Origin: Eledone cirrhosa
Lineage: Eukaryota
DNA: 64,000 nucleotides
Assembly: GCA_964016885.1 (NCBI GenBank)
Contig: OZ024744.1
Coordinates: forward strand, 8,680,001-8,744,000
Direction of reading: 5' to 3'
In this document: positions 26,601 through 40,970 of the stretch, one piece after another
Layout: each line of letters starts with the position of its first letter
How positions within the stretch are numbered: position 1 is the first letter of the stretch
Translations under genes and position numbers: made by a program
Notes under the pieces: model-generated
Database searches by the model: none
What the model was told of the DNA's origin: nothing
Seen by the model: the letters and a program-made list of their open reading frames with translations, nothing else

Positions 26601-27856
26601 TGGCCGACACTTTTTGCTTGATTATTTCTATCAGCATGTCTATGTCACATGTTGATTTTATACTGTACTTTTTTTTGAATTTTCTAAGTTTAGTTTGTTT
26701 AACATGTTTACCTACTTTATAGTTTGTAAAAATTTCTATGTCAGATCGGAGAAGGTTTATTTGGCGATTGATGTTCTCTTGCCAAGTAGATTTCTTGTGG
26801 GAATTCCTTTGTTTTTTCATCTTCACTCCACATAAGTGAGTGGTGACTTTAGCCGATGCATAATAGAGATGATTTAAATCAGTAATGTTTAGTTTGTTTG
26901 TGATGATAATGTTTTTGAGAATTATGTTAGTCTTGTGTATTATCTTTTGGTTCTGTTTGGAGTTCTGGATCTTAGGGAGGGTGTCTCGTTGCCCCATGTC
27001 AGATTCTTTCATTTTCATCCATTCGATCATAATTTCATCCTTCAAGTTGGCAAGTTCATTCTCATTCATTTCTTTATCATTTACGATCTCATTATTTTCA
27101 TTTTGAGTTTCATCCTGAGCATGCACTCCCTCCACCTTTTCGATCCTTTCTTTAATTTGTTCTGTTGCCAGTGATTCCGCCCCAACCCTGGGATTCGAAG
27201 TGTTACAGTTTACCTCGTTTTCACTGACACATGTTTCATTTTCCCTTCGCTGACTTTGTGCTAATAGCTTGATCTGATCAATTTCTATATCAGTTAGTAA
27301 CTTTTTTCTTACAATATTTCTTCGTATATTGGCTAGTTTGTTACTGTCAATATATCCTCTGTTTTCAGGATGTTTCTTTTTCCAGTTGATATATGTCTGT
27401 TCTGTATTCGATGTATTTGATGGGTAGTACATGGCAGTGTAGAAAGCCTCAAGGACTTCTTTATTATCTTCCCTTGACCATTTTTCTCTCTTTTTCTTTG
27501 GATTTCTTGGTGGTGAGCATGGAGGGCCAACAGTAGGAGTATTCCGGTTATGGGAGGTCTCCAGCTCCGAAGTGATGGGAAGGTTTGAACCATTAGCTGA
27601 TTTTTCGACCCCAGTCTGGTTCCTCTCTGAGGGACGCGGCCCTTTTTTACCCGGGTGACGGCCGATCCGGTATGAGATTTTATCATTAGACATTTACTTT
27701 ATTTTGTCGCGTTTTATCCTTATCCGCCAAGAGGTAATCATTTCGTGTTACAACTCCTAGAACGAGTGTCAACCAAGACTAGAGGGGTCGTTCTCCCCTA
27801 GAGACACGGCTATTCCCCGCCGGCCGCCATCCCGGTATTTCTTGGTCACGGGGTTT
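23602..27856 (-). mobile_element. R4/Dong-type family 2, near full length, disrupted, with ~305-bp insertion at 25599-25905
   Basis: ORF start 27693 (KKREKWSREDN N-terminal region), WKSPGKD, NYRPITCL, GILQGDSLSP, FYMDDLKL, CRVCKKQPETIDHIISMC, RLE domain and 3' UTR. Confidence 0.92.
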
Positions 27857-28867
27857 TCTTTTTGTTGTTTTTTTTAAATTGTTATTATCATGAGTGGTTC
27901 CTTAATGTGAGCATTGCGTGGCTTAAGAATGAAATTATTAATAATTGTCTCCACTCCAGGCACAAGGCCAGCAATCACCCAGTGCATTACAATAACATAA
28001 TATACTTTTTGTTGTAGTTGGCTGTTATTTTTGTTGGCTATGTCGGTGGTGGTGCCGGGGCTTCTTATATTGTTGGTGAGGAAGGGGTGAGCCAGCAGTC
28101 CCATAGTTGTTGATGTTGACGTTTGCCCGGTGGCCAGGTCACTAAGTCAATCTATTTATATCTTTTGCTAGCCTCTCCCTCGTCTAGTGATACCGCCACC
28201 TTCCCCTTTCTCTCTCAAATTAACAGGGGAATAGTGGTGGTAGCAATGAAGGAGTGGTGGCGGCGGCGATGGGATAGTGGTAGCAATGATGGATGGGGTG
28301 GGGTGGTGGCAGCGGTGGCTTTGTGGTTACTGATATGTAGTATCTATGAGTTTGTGTTCGTATGTTTAATATATATTTTTATTATATATTGTGTTGACAT
28401 ATTCCCGTAAAATTGGAATTAAACATTTTGTTAAAATTTGAGACAATAATAATAGTAATTATTATTATGATGCTGGGATTGATGGTGGTGGTGGTGAAAT
28501 TGCCGTTATCTGGCTGTTATATTTAGTGTGATGGGGTAGGTGGTGTATCAAGTTTCTGGTGTTGGTGAAATTGCTGTTATTTGGCTGTTCTATATAGTGT
28601 AGACAGAGGGTGTTTTCTTCCATTTATAACCATTTTCTTTTTTTTTTTAATACAAAATATATAATACAAAATTGAATATTTTAGCGATACAACAATATAC
28701 TATGGATCCGAAACTTTATGGGACCTCATTCGGTGGTTTATGCAACATTTGTACTAGGAATTGTTATTTCACAATTGATTTAAATATGTTAAAAATCAAA
28801 AACTTACGGGAGCGATTTCATGACCTTCTACCACCTCGTGCGTCTTCTTCCCTTTATTATTATTATT

Positions 28868-29640
28868 ACAGTTGCATTTATCTTGCTTTATGTTCATACG
28901 AGTTATCACCAAGTCACAACCAGTGACCTCAAGAGACAACAAGGTCCGCCATGTTCAAGAAAGAACATACATATTCACACATGCATCTTTAGTGTTTAGA
29001 CTTGTGATGTACTTATATTGACAGAATCTTCCTTAGTATATGGGTAGTTCCCATTAGTACTATCTTTTGTATTTCTCCTATACGCGGGTTTCCTGGGATT
29101 TGCGATATGTAATCATTAGACCCCTTAGGTATCATTCCCAGAGCGCCTACAACCACTGGTATTGTTTTAGTTCTCAATTTCCACATTTTTCCAATTTCTA
29201 TCTCCAGGTCCTTATACTTGCTCAATTTTTCAAATGTTTTTATAGATACATTCTTGTCTATTGGTACAGACATATCAATTAGCAGGCATACCCTCCTTTG
29301 AAAGTCCTTCAGTATTATATCAGGTCTGTTTGCATCTATTTTTCGGTCTGCTTGGATGCTAAAGTTCCACAAGATTGAGATGTGATCTTTTTCAAGTATG
29401 GGAGGTGGTTGATGCTCCCATCAATTCTTTTGATGGGGCAGGTCAAAATGCTTACACATTATCCAATGTATGTATTGTGCAGCTCTGTCATGCCTGTTTA
29501 GGTATTCGGTTGGAGCTATAGGACTGCACATTGAAATTATATGGTCAATGGTCTCTGGTTGTTTTTTGCATACACGGCATAATGGGCTGCACCCATTTTT
29601 TATTATGTTGGCTTGGTAATTTTTTGTTGGCAGACACTGT
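28868..29640 (-). mobile_element. R4/Dong-type family 2, 3' fragment
   Basis: Near-identical to 23602-24372; (ATT)n flanks. Confidence 0.9.
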
Positions 29641-30130
<490 letters not shown>

Positions 30131-30749
30131 ATCAATAAACAGGAAAATCACCAGTGTATGGAATCTATAATCTATGGAAGACAGGGTAGACACACAATAA
30201 TTAAAAATATAAATTAAAATGCATATACGCACCTCTATAACTATATAACACACACGTACAAATCCAAAGAGATCTGTTTCGCCAAGAAATTATTGACTGA
30301 AATGGAAGCACCTATGTGTCATCAGCGTGTGTAAGACAAATACATTCCAGACAACTCTAAGAAAATATAATATAACCGTCCTGCTAAACGCGGCAGAGAG
30401 TTGTGACAGCGTGCACAGGACAGTGAACCAGTTTTATCTGAGGGACGAGCTGCTAGAAATGGCAGCCCAAAACTACTCAAAGAAATGTGCTCAACCAAAC
30501 AGAGAGAGAGAGGAAAGACTGTTATTAGGAGCGAAATATCAAGATAAATTAACGGAGCCATAGACTCTCGCTATAGATTCTATACAATGGTGGTTTCCCT
30601 GATTTATTGATGGCACACGCTTTCTCTCTCTCTCTAGTGTGTTACCCTTTCCTACATATTGCATTTTAAAGAGCTTAGGATTCCTTTTCATTTGAGCACA
30701 TTATTTACAGGGAATAACGAGAATCTATGGTTCCGTTAGTTTATCTTGA

Positions 30750-30796
<47 letters not shown>

Positions 30797-30896
30797 CAAA
30801 CTTAGACAGAAACAAAACAGAAGGCAGACAAATAAAGGTTTATTAGGTTCACGCTCTTGAGAGGGTGTGGGGGGGGGGGGGCATTTCGGGCATTAT

Positions 30897-31070
30897 TGAT
30901 AATTGTTTCTACTTTAGGCACAAGGCCAGCAATTACCCAGTTCATTACGGGTACTTTATTTTATTGACCCCGTAAGGATGAACGGCAAAGTCAACCTCGG
31001 CGGGATTTGAACTCAGACGTAAAGGGACGTAACTATGCTGGAAAGCATGGCGTCCGACCCTCTACCGATA
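30897..31070 (-). mobile_element. tRNA-derived SINE
   Basis: Same family as 3597; extreme 5' end missing. Confidence 0.88.
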
Positions 31071-31179
31071 GTCAGTCATAATAATGATAATGTTTTCTAA
31101 ATTAGGCACAAAGCCAGCAATGTTTTGGGGAAGGGGTAAGTCAATTAAATCTGTTACTAGAACTTTATTTTACCTACCT

Positions 31180-32150
31180 TGCAATGACGACAGACTGGAA
31201 AACTAAAAAGGTCGTTCAACACCACAACGGACCACTGGAATCTAGACTAATCAAGATTAATCATGAAATATTCCAAGGCGACTCATTTCCCCCTTTGCTG
31301 TTCTGTATGTCACTTGCTCCGCTAAGTCAGTTACTCTGGATATATTATAAAAAAGCATTCGATAGTTTGCCACACAGTTGGATTGAAAAATGTTTAGAGA
31401 TTTTCAAAATATCCCCCGTTGTCAGGAGGTTTTTGTCATTCAGTATGAAGACATGGAAAACGAGACTCCTTTTGAATAGTGAAACAAAATCACTGGAAGC
31501 TGGAGAAGTTAATATTAATTGTGGAATTTTGCAGGGTGACTCTTTATCACCGCTTTTATTCTGCATCGCACTTATACCATTAAGTAAAATGCTCAATGAA
31601 ACAAAACTAGCTATGACTGTGAAGATTAAATCAAAGGAACTCCAAAATAAAGGAATTAAACCGTAAACGGAAGACAAAACCACTACATGGTAGATTCCCA
31701 GAACAATTTTTGACAATGATATCGATCAGCATGGCTCACTATCCTGGCCCAGAAGTGCTGGTTTGAAAGCAGAGACTGAGGGACTCTTAGTTGTGCACAA
31801 GACCAATCTCTAAACACTCAGGCCTATAGACACAGAACAGTGAAATATGGGACTAATCTACTATGTAAAATATGCTACAAACATGAAGAAACGGTAGATC
31901 ATGTTATCTCCGGGAGTCCAGAGCTGACAAAACCTGACTAAATAGAAAGACACAACTGCATTGCCAAATGCACCTTAGTATCCTTCCCTGCAGATCAGCA
32001 AATATGAGCTACAGAAGATCAGGCTTCTAGGAACAGCAGACATTCTCAGACAGGTTCTCTCTCTACAATGGAAACATCTATTGCCCTAGGTTTAAGGCCT
32101 GAACCTGGCAATAGAGAAACAGAACTGAGCTAAATGATATAACATAATAT
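31180..32150 (+). mobile_element. R4/Dong-type family 3 remnant containing a family-2 RT segment (31340-31607)
   Basis: EIFQGDSFPPLLFC; downstream KPLHGRFP, GLKAETEG, LCKICYKHEETVDHVISG remnants; ends in (AAT)n. Confidence 0.75.
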
Positions 32151-32162
32151 TAATAATAATAC

Positions 32163-33812
32163 TGATTTTATTTATTGGCCACATGGGCCGATATGTAGGG
32201 GACAATAGAATGACTGGCACGTGAGGGTTCACAATAAGCTCGAGTAAAGGGGCACAAAGGGAAGACTAAGTAAACAATGAAAATATAAAATAATCTATGC
32301 ATAAATATAAAAAAATAATTTCTCCAATAGGGGATGGACGACCCAGGGGTGACTCAGGTACCCCACCATCCTGACCCACTCTGCGCTTCTAGGGCACTGA
32401 GGGAAGGCACCCCTCTCTTCCTCAAATTAGCCAGCCTATAGGTGCATGGTCAGAGTAGGCCCACTCACATTCACCTACCTTTCAGCAAATGTACTGGGGG
32501 TAGGGGGGGGGCATGACATCTCTCTCCACCTTCACCTTCCTTGACGAAGTTGATGAGAGATTGGCCGAAGAGAAAAGTGTCTATCTTCAGTCTTTTCAAC
32601 CTGGTCCACCATGCAACCTCTTTCGCTACTGCCACCAGACAGAGGAAATTTGCCTGCCACTCCTGGCCCCCAAAAAGCGGCGGGTCGATCTTCACTATGG
32701 ACTCGGCCGATAGCCGGATCCGTTCTACACGCGACAACAGCTGTTTGACATAACTCCACAAGTCAGTAATGCACGGACACTGGACGAGTGCGTGCAGAAC
32801 GGTTTCGTCGTTCTGCGCGCATCTTGGGCAGGTCCGTCTGACAGCACTTCCGTGCCTGTAGAGTTTATCTCGAACCGGCAGTGCCCTCCGGTAGCACTGC
32901 AAAGCGAGGGATTTGGGGAAGTTATCCATCGTCCCCGGCTCGAAATTCTTCCGGAACAGACTGGTCAGTTCGACTTCGTCGATGCCCAGAACCTCTCCGA
33001 GAGCGTCGTCGCACTTGCCCACCACTAATCCTCTATAGAATGGAATTTCCACTGACCACATTGTCCGCCTGGTACAGAACAGTTAGTGCCTGACAACATT
33101 CCAGATGCCAGTCACCCAGTCTCTGTCTCTTCTTGACCCAGGACTGCTGCTCAATCAAAGAGACGAGGTTCGGAAAAGCCCACCTGACAAACGGCAACCA
33201 CACCTGTTCACAGTTTAGGCAGAATATGTGTAGATGTCGCAGCTTCACCGCATGTCTGCGCATCATTAGCCACGGCATGCCCATCCTTCCACGTAGCAGG
33301 TATTGACAGCAAATGGATCGCCGCACCAACGGAACCTGTTCCTTCCACAGGAATTTGAAGAGGAGGCGTTCCAAGTTGTCGAGGGGCTGATGGGGCAAAG
33401 GACGACAGTGAGGCGGTAGTAGATGACTGACGCATTGTTCGCATTAGCCACCTCCGCGCGATAGTCAATACATACAGAAGGGAGGAGAGAGCCCACGCCT
33501 GATGGACCGATCGGGAGACCTGAAACGGTTCCGAGAGGTGGCCATTAACTTTGACCACCGAGCAAATACCGCTGTGCAATGCAGCGATCCAGCAACTGAA
33601 GACGGGGCCGAAATCAGCTGACTTGAGGACAGCCTCGCGGTACCGATGGTCGACCCTATCGAATGCTTTCGATTGATCTAAATTGATCAGAGCCCTACCG
33701 AAGCCAAGTTTACACCCAACCCTCTCTAAGGTGTATCGTATGAGATGGAGGTTGTCATGTATGAACCTGGTTCGGATGCGCAAGTTTGCACCTCTCCAAC
33801 CGACAACAAGCG
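32163..33812 (-). mobile_element. Tx1 family B, 5'-truncated, deletion near 33460
   Basis: DQSKAFDRVDH and CPRCAQNDETVLHALVQC; 3' UTR matches 13150-13432. Confidence 0.88.
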
Positions 33813-33816
33813 CAAT

Positions 33817-34006
33817 AATAATTGTTTCTACTTTTGGCACAAGGCCAGCAATTATCCCAGTGCATTACTGGTACTTTATTTTATCGACCCCGTAAGGATG
33901 AAAGGTAAAGATAACCTCGACGGAATTTGAACTCAGACCGTAAAGGGACGTAACTATGCTAGAAAGCATGGCGTCCGACCCTCTACCGATACTGCCAATT
34001 CACCGC
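33817..34006 (-). mobile_element. tRNA-derived SINE, full length
   Basis: Same family; A and B boxes present. Confidence 0.9.
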
Positions 34007-34659
34007 GCAGTAATAATATGAACTGTTTCGGAAACACCTGAGGTAACATAATTTGATAGGGAGTCAATAAAAATATCCAGTTTTAATAAGATCAACAGTG
34101 TGCAAAGTAAGTATAATAATCATCATAATAATAATACTCTGTGGTATTATACTCTTTCAATATTTTAGTCTATGTAGAATACCTTCGATGAATCGCTTCG
34201 TTCTATTTGCGGATTATGGAAACACATTGAGTTTCAAGTTTTCTTGACATATCTCAACCAAGTTTTATCTCTTAACTTACTACTTGTGTCTTAGCTTCCA
34301 TATTTCAACGTGCGTCGGTTTACACCGTGTCATTCCATGTTCAATGTATTTGTTTTGCCGTTAGGTGTAACTGTACATAATATCTATTACATATTCACCT
34401 TTCCCCATATCAATATATTCCAGCTTCTATTCCCTTCATAATCCAATCCTATCTTACTATATATTAACATACATATATACCATATATCAACATAGATTCC
34501 CCCGTTGGCCCTTCCAACATACAATGTCATAACGTGAAATATAAAAGGCTATTGTAATCCTGATTCAATTCCACATTCATTTAATTAGTATATTGTTTAT
34601 ATATATATATATATATGTTTTGCGGGGTTTATGATATGAAATCGTGTGTCGAAACAAAT

Positions 34660-35705
34660 ATTTTTATACTTGGGGAGGGTCATATTGTTGTAATAATATT
34701 GGCAGAATTAATAACAGAACACACTCACTGTTTGGTTGGTTTTCGCTTCTGCATCTTTTATATCTCCATAGTTAATTCATTTGGCAATCAATGTTTATTA
34801 TTGATTGACCAACGGTTAACATACAGATATAAATATATATATATAGTCTATCAAAGTTATTTCGTTACACATATATGACATCATCAGCGGTACCTACCGT
34901 TGTATTGCAATGTCTACGCCATTTTTATTTTATTTATTTGTTTATTTCTTCTTGTCTCTGTCTCTGCGCATGCGTTTGCGTGTGTGTTTAATGTTTGGTT
35001 TGTGTGTTCGTGTGTGAGTGTATATGTTTTTGTTTTTGTATTCTATCTTTGTTCACTAGAGTGTGTTTATATGTGTTTGTTGTTACTGTACTTGTGTATA
35101 TATTTATTTATTTATAGTTCCCTTAAGTCAGTATTGTTTGGGTAAGGTTGTTGTTATTCCATTCGTTCTTTCTGTTCAACTTCGGTCTTCTTAGTTCTAT
35201 CTCTGATTTGTCTACCTGTTGAGTTATTTCTAAGTTTAGATAGTATTCTAATTTCTATGTTGTCTATATTACCGTCATGTCTTTGTCTGGTGTGTTCATA
35301 TAGTGTAGATAAAATGCAAAAACAAAAACGCATACACTCAAACACGAACACACACTCCAAACATTAAACACACACGCAAACGCATGCGCAGAGACAAAGA
35401 CAAGAAGAAATAAATAAATAAATTGAATAAAAATGGCGTAGACATTACAATACAATAGGATGAAACATAATAGTACCACTGATGATGTTACAGATGTCTG
35501 ACAAAAGAACTTTGTTAGACTATATATATATATTTATATCTGTATTTTAACCGTTGGTCAATCAATCATAAACATTGATTGCCAAATGAATTAACTATGG
35601 AGATATAAAAGATACAGAAGTGAAAACCAACCAAACAGTGAGTGAGTTCTGTTATTATTTCTGGCAATATTATTACAATATGAGCCTCCCCAAGTATAAC
35701 AATAT
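34660..35705. repeat. Fold-back element with ~390-bp inverted arms (34660-35050 / 35305-35705), hammerhead remnant in each arm
   Basis: Arms are reverse complements; CTGATGA-stem-GAAA at 34850-34887 (-) and a decayed copy at 35479-35515 (+). Confidence 0.8.
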
Positions 35706-36029
35706 ATGTGTGTGTGTGTGTGTATATATATAATTCGTTATCGAGTTTGTTTTGCGATATTTCTTATCTGAAAAAGTGAGTTGAAAGAGATATCGATATA
35801 CTTTGGGAGGGTCATGTTGTCAATAAAAACACACGCACTCCTTTTTTCACTTCAATTTATTATAAATTTCCGGTTGATTGGCTGGTTGGTTCGTCTCACA
35901 TTCTGTGACCTCCTCAGTGACTAGATTTTTATTTCGTTTCCCTTCTTTTTTGTGTCCTACATCATCAGGGTTTGTGTGAAACATGATGGTGTAGGACAGA
36001 ACAAAGGAGGGACATAATATAAAAACCTA

Positions 36030-36072
36030 GTCACTGAGGAGGTCACATAATGTGTGACGAAAGAACTTTGAC
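36030..36072 (+). ncRNA. Minimal type I hammerhead ribozyme
   Basis: GTCA CTGAGGA G GTCACA-TAATG-TGTGAC GAAA GAACT T TGAC: stem I, core, stem II and NUH all present; partial inverted copy at ~35890-35915. Confidence 0.75.
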
Positions 36073-36129
36073 AATATATAAACAACCTTCCGGTTATAAA
36101 ACGAATTACACACACACACACACACACAT

Positions 36130-36162
<33 letters not shown>

Positions 36163-36745
36163 CAAAATTAATTAAGGGTGTCATGTCCGAGAGACATGCG
36201 CCATATCCACTGTAGAATATGCTCAAAGATTCCAATAAATAGATCCGAGAATTTTATATCAACTAGAAATTGATTGACATATATATATATTTAAAATAAA
36301 CACATGAAACAATCACAGGTGATAATTTGTGAAGTGTGTAAGCACACACAGCTAGGTAGGGAACTAATTAAAGCTTAACTAGAACTTCAAATATAGATAC
36401 TTTTTAAAATGATTAATCTTCCTTGCATATATTTCCTTAAAGAAATATATTTCACCATTAATCCGTAAAGGCTTGTTTCCATAATTGTAAACGAATCGAA
36501 TGTTATTATTAACATTCGAAAAACTCAGATTACATTTATATATATATAAACCACTCTGTATAATCTGTTCCTGATTAAGTACCAACAAATACGAAACAGA
36601 ACTCTGTCAGCTTATCTCCCCTGTTTGGTGAAAATTATAGTAAGTAACATTGTCACTACTTTAAAACAATAGCGTAAGGTCTTCAAAATGCTTTTAATTA
36701 AGCATACAGTGTATTCCAAAATACACTATCTATACATTCATATTA

Positions 36746-36887
<142 letters not shown>

Positions 36888-37084
36888 AAGTGAGGTTCTA
36901 TACCAAACAGTGGTTATAGAGAAACTGTGAAATTGGAAATAGCACTGAAAATATATTTAAGGGTCTGTTTTTCTTTTTTTCCTTTCTTTGATTCTTCAAA
37001 GTGACATTATTGAAAACATGAGAGGGACAATTCTTTTAAAAAAGAGTTTATAATATATATAAAGTATATAAAGTATATAAAGTA

Positions 37085-37398
37085 TATAAAGTATATAAAA
37101 TATTACCGGTTTCGATGTATTAGTAAAATTCATCTTATCAAATGTTGAGTATTACAATTTTAAAAGAATTTATAAGAATTAAAAATTAAAAATTAAAGAT
37201 TTAAAATTAAGTGTTGAGACGAGTTTTTCATCTTCCTTGTTGAGAAGGAAGATGAAAAACTCGTCTCAACACTTAATTTTAAATCTTTAATTTTTAATTT
37301 TTAATTCTTATTAATTCTTTTTAATTGTAATACTCAACATTTGATAAGATGAATTTTGCTAATACATCGAAACCGGTAATATTTTATATACTTTATAT
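37085..37398. repeat. Near-perfect palindrome, ~154-bp arms, 6-nt loop (37239-37244)
   Basis: ...TTTTTCATCTTCCTT-GTTGAG-AAGGAAGATGAAAAA...; arms carry degenerate hammerhead TTGATAA-GATG..CATC-GAAA-CCGG-TA. Confidence 0.93.
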
Positions 37399-37429
37399 TT
37401 TTGATTTTTCGAATATTTTCCATTTTATG

Positions 37430-39270
37430 AAGAAAGTTTTACGCATGTTTCAGACTGAGCTCGCTCGCGTCGTGGTATTATTCTTGTCCGAATGTCTCAA
37501 TGTCGTTTCATGATTGAGGAAACCATTTTAAAATCGACTCTCCGACATGCCTACGCAAGTCCAGGTTTCTTTCTGATGATGTTGATTTGATGAAGTGACT
37601 TCAGCCTCCTATATTACGTTTGGGGTGTTACACCCTATTGATCAATTAGGTATGTATGTGGCTTTTTACATAGCATCTATATGTTTGCGGGCTCGGTGCT
37701 TATTCAAGAAGCTGGATTTCATATTTCTAGTACTGGAATATCCTATTTTAACTGTGTGGTATTTATATCATAGAAGGAAATGTGTCTATAAGTGCTAAAT
37801 TCTTTTAACCTACATTAGTTTTAATGTAGAAGAAAGAGTCAGAGAACCAGACAGTGGATTTGTGCCTTAGTTTTCTTCTGTTGGTTTTCGGGTAAATGTC
37901 TGGAGAGAAGGATATTTTTTTCTGGGAAACCGCTGTTGCTAAGGCTTTGCTATAGTATGGAACTGACCTGTCAAAAATACTTTCATGAGAGGTTGGATGT
38001 GCGCTTACAAATGTTCTTAACTAGATTCTTAAAAACTATAGGTGGATAACATAAGTTTCTATATATGTATCTAAGTTTCGCGCTAGGCTTATGGAAAGTT
38101 TTATGTGTGTGTACGAAGGTCTAGGCTTAGATCTGAGAAAGTGGCCCTAGTAGGGTTAGTAGATTCTGTAATCTTTCTTCCCAGTTTGCTAAAAGTGGTA
38201 ACTAAGTTCTTCCAAAAGGTATGGATACGTGGCTGTTATTTATGGCTTGATAGAGCCAGAACATCCTCGCGGTATAAACCCGTTTGAAAGTCCGGGAATT
38301 TAATCCATAATGTATCAAGTATAAAGAGTCTCACCAAATCGCAAACACCAACGCTACAAAATGACCCTATAGGGAAATCAAAAAGATCGTTTGTAATGGA
38401 TTTCGTCACCCAGGTAATCCCCTTATTAAAGAGAAGGGTTTTCCTACAATGGGATATGACAAGATAATCCAAGCTTTGATATCGGGAAGTTTGCCAGCGA
38501 AATCGCATGCTTTGTCGAATAATATCTTGGATATCAATGGATAAAAGTCTCCAGTATCAAATTGGGTGAATCTGGCCTTATTAGTGTTGTAGAGAATATC
38601 GAAACAATTAACTACTATTTGTCTATTTCCAATTAGTTGAGCTTAAATGTCTCGTGATCGCATTTATATTTCTGAGCAAATTCTTTCTTACTAATCCTAA
38701 TTCTGTCTTGGTGAGGTTTATGAGTTGGTAGCAAAATCAGCCTAGTGATTTTTAGCTATTCTGTAGGCCTCTCTCTTAGCATTTAATTTCTTACCTTCCC
38801 CCGTGGTGGAATGGATATAGCTTCGTCATTGACAGTATTATAAGCGGTGGAGTCAGCATTCCTATATTTGGAATATATATTCTGATCTAGTAGGTAATTG
38901 TAGGTCGGTAGATAAAGCTCAGAGATGTTGTTTGTTTTACTAGATAGTATGAAGTGCTTACTAGAAGATTTGAATAGTTTTATATCCCTATAAAATTTCC
39001 GTTTACGTTCGATGGATAATTCCAAAATTTCAGGTTGTAGGTATTAGAAGTACCAGACAGATCCCCGTGGAAAACCAATGTCCGCCTTCTCATACGTTTA
39101 CTCAAATATTCGACCCTTTTAAGAAGGAGCTTCGAATAAGTTCTATTTGAAGGAGTAGGAATTTTTTTTCTGAGTCTTTAGATTACCGTTTCGTAGGTCA
39201 CATGGATTAAAAAGCGCTCGACCGGTTAAAGAGCGTTGTCAAACTTCCACGTGGGTGACGAGGATTTGCA
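37430..39270 (-). mobile_element. Decayed Naiad-type Penelope-like element (RT plus GIY-YIG)
   Basis: KTLLFNKGITW...FDFPIGSFCSVGVCDLV...GLYRED aligns to the RT at 58189; SSKTNN corresponds to ADKTNN; NVI*EAEV...CVGMSESRF...NH near 37500-37640 is a GIY-YIG relic. Confidence 0.8.
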
Positions 39271-39348
39271 GTACGCGTTCTTGGAGGTGAATCTTGTAGT
39301 AGTAAATTTGATAAAGATATCCAAGGAATAGATCACGAGATGAGTTTC

Positions 39349-39403
<55 letters not shown>

Positions 39404-39410
39404 TTATTTA

Positions 39411-39971
39411 TTTAGGTTTGTTGGTTCACCATTGAATAGAACTGGTCATTCCGTATGGTCAACCGCGATGTAATATTAAGGAGAGCAGTGAACGTAATAT
39501 TTCATCCTATAACTCTAAACATAAGTTTAACGTTTCTAATTGCTAAACCGAAATTTCTGTCCACACGTTATACAGACATACAGACGCCCACTATATATGC
39601 CTTTGTTGAAGATGTTTGTTCTTTGGAAAAAACATTTTTCGCCTCAATTTCTAGCACGCATGATCAGCCTGATTGTGGCGTGACCTCAACGCTGAGATTT
39701 CTCTTCGACAGGGTGGTAGTAGCACATTATAAGCGTACGCCTCCTTCACCGAATGGTCATAAGTAGACTTAATAATTAACACTTGCGGGTGGCCAACTGA
39801 GGTAGAAGCTGTTAAATAGTCGGCCGTCCCCTTGTCTCTGATTTTCAGCCCCATGGATTTTATCTGTTATATTCCTTTGTTATATTTTGAATACCTGATG
39901 ATGTCACCGGATGCATACTGAACCCTGTCATTGAAATGATCATAGTATAATAAACCTTTCAAGGATTTACA

Positions 39972-40009
<38 letters not shown>

Positions 40010-40970
40010 AATAACTGGAGGCTGGACTGGTGTACTTCCTTGAAAGTTACATTCCTGGAGTGCTCGGAAAAATAAATTTCCATTTCTTTCGTTAGACGAT
40101 AATACTCGGAACGGTTGATACGCCGCGGGGTGGCGGGAGGTCCGTAATGTCGCTGGTTAATGACCGCTAAGCATGGGCTTAATCTTTACTCTATATTCTA
40201 CCCTGAAACTTTATCGTGACTATCTATAATACACTTAAACTTTTTCATAAAAGCCTCCTTCTGTAAATTCCTTTAAGTTAATCTCATAACTTTATACTTA
40301 AACCTTATTTTTCTAATTTCATCTTAATTGGCATCTTCTAAACCTAAACATAAATTTAACGTTTCTAATTGTTAATCGTAATTTCTGTCCATACATTATA
40401 CCATGCAGACGCCCACTATATATATTACTATATATAGCTTTGTTGAAGAGATATATGTTCTTTGGTTCTTTGAAATAATGTTTTTCGCAGCACTTTCTAG
40501 CATTCCTGGCCAGCTTGATGGTAACCTGATCTCAGCGCTAGCCTCTTTCTTTGAAGAGGGGTAGTAGTAAATGATAAGCCTACGTCCGTTCATCAGATGG
40601 ACATAAGTAGGCTTAATGGTCAACACTTGAGGGCGGCCGGCCAAGGTAGAAGATGCTGAATGTTTCGGTCGCTCTCATGTCTCTGATTTTTGGGCTCCAT
40701 GGATTTTGTCTATCGTATTCCTTTGCTATATTTCGAATACCTGATGATGTCACCGGATTCATACCTGATTCATAGTATAATAAACCTTTCAAGGAATTAC
40801 ACTAGTCCAGCCTCCTGTATTTTTTAATAATTAACTCCGTACACGCACCACCAACTACACAAACGAAGACGGATGAGTTTGTGTTACGTTGAGTGCTCTT
40901 CATAATATTACATCAGGGTTGACCACACGGAATGACCAGTTCTATCCAGTGGTGAACCAACAAACCTAAA
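39411..40970. mobile_element. Non-coding PLE-like module: ~75-bp terminal inverted repeats and two ~460-bp direct repeats (39510-39975, 40340-40805)
   Basis: TTTAGGTTTGTTGGTTCACC.../...GGTGAACCAACAAACCTAAA; flanked by (TA)n; hammerhead in the direct repeat. Confidence 0.75.
39891..39948 (+). ncRNA. Hammerhead ribozyme motif (weak stem II)
   Basis: ATAC CTGATGA ... GAAA TGATCA TA GTAT followed by AATAAA; palindromic loop III; the second copy at 40737-40777 is deleted. Confidence 0.65.

Noticed and set aside
28040-28850. Possible 5' UTR and ORF1 start of a further LINE on the minus strand
   Set aside because: Only compositional resemblance; no diagnostic motif.
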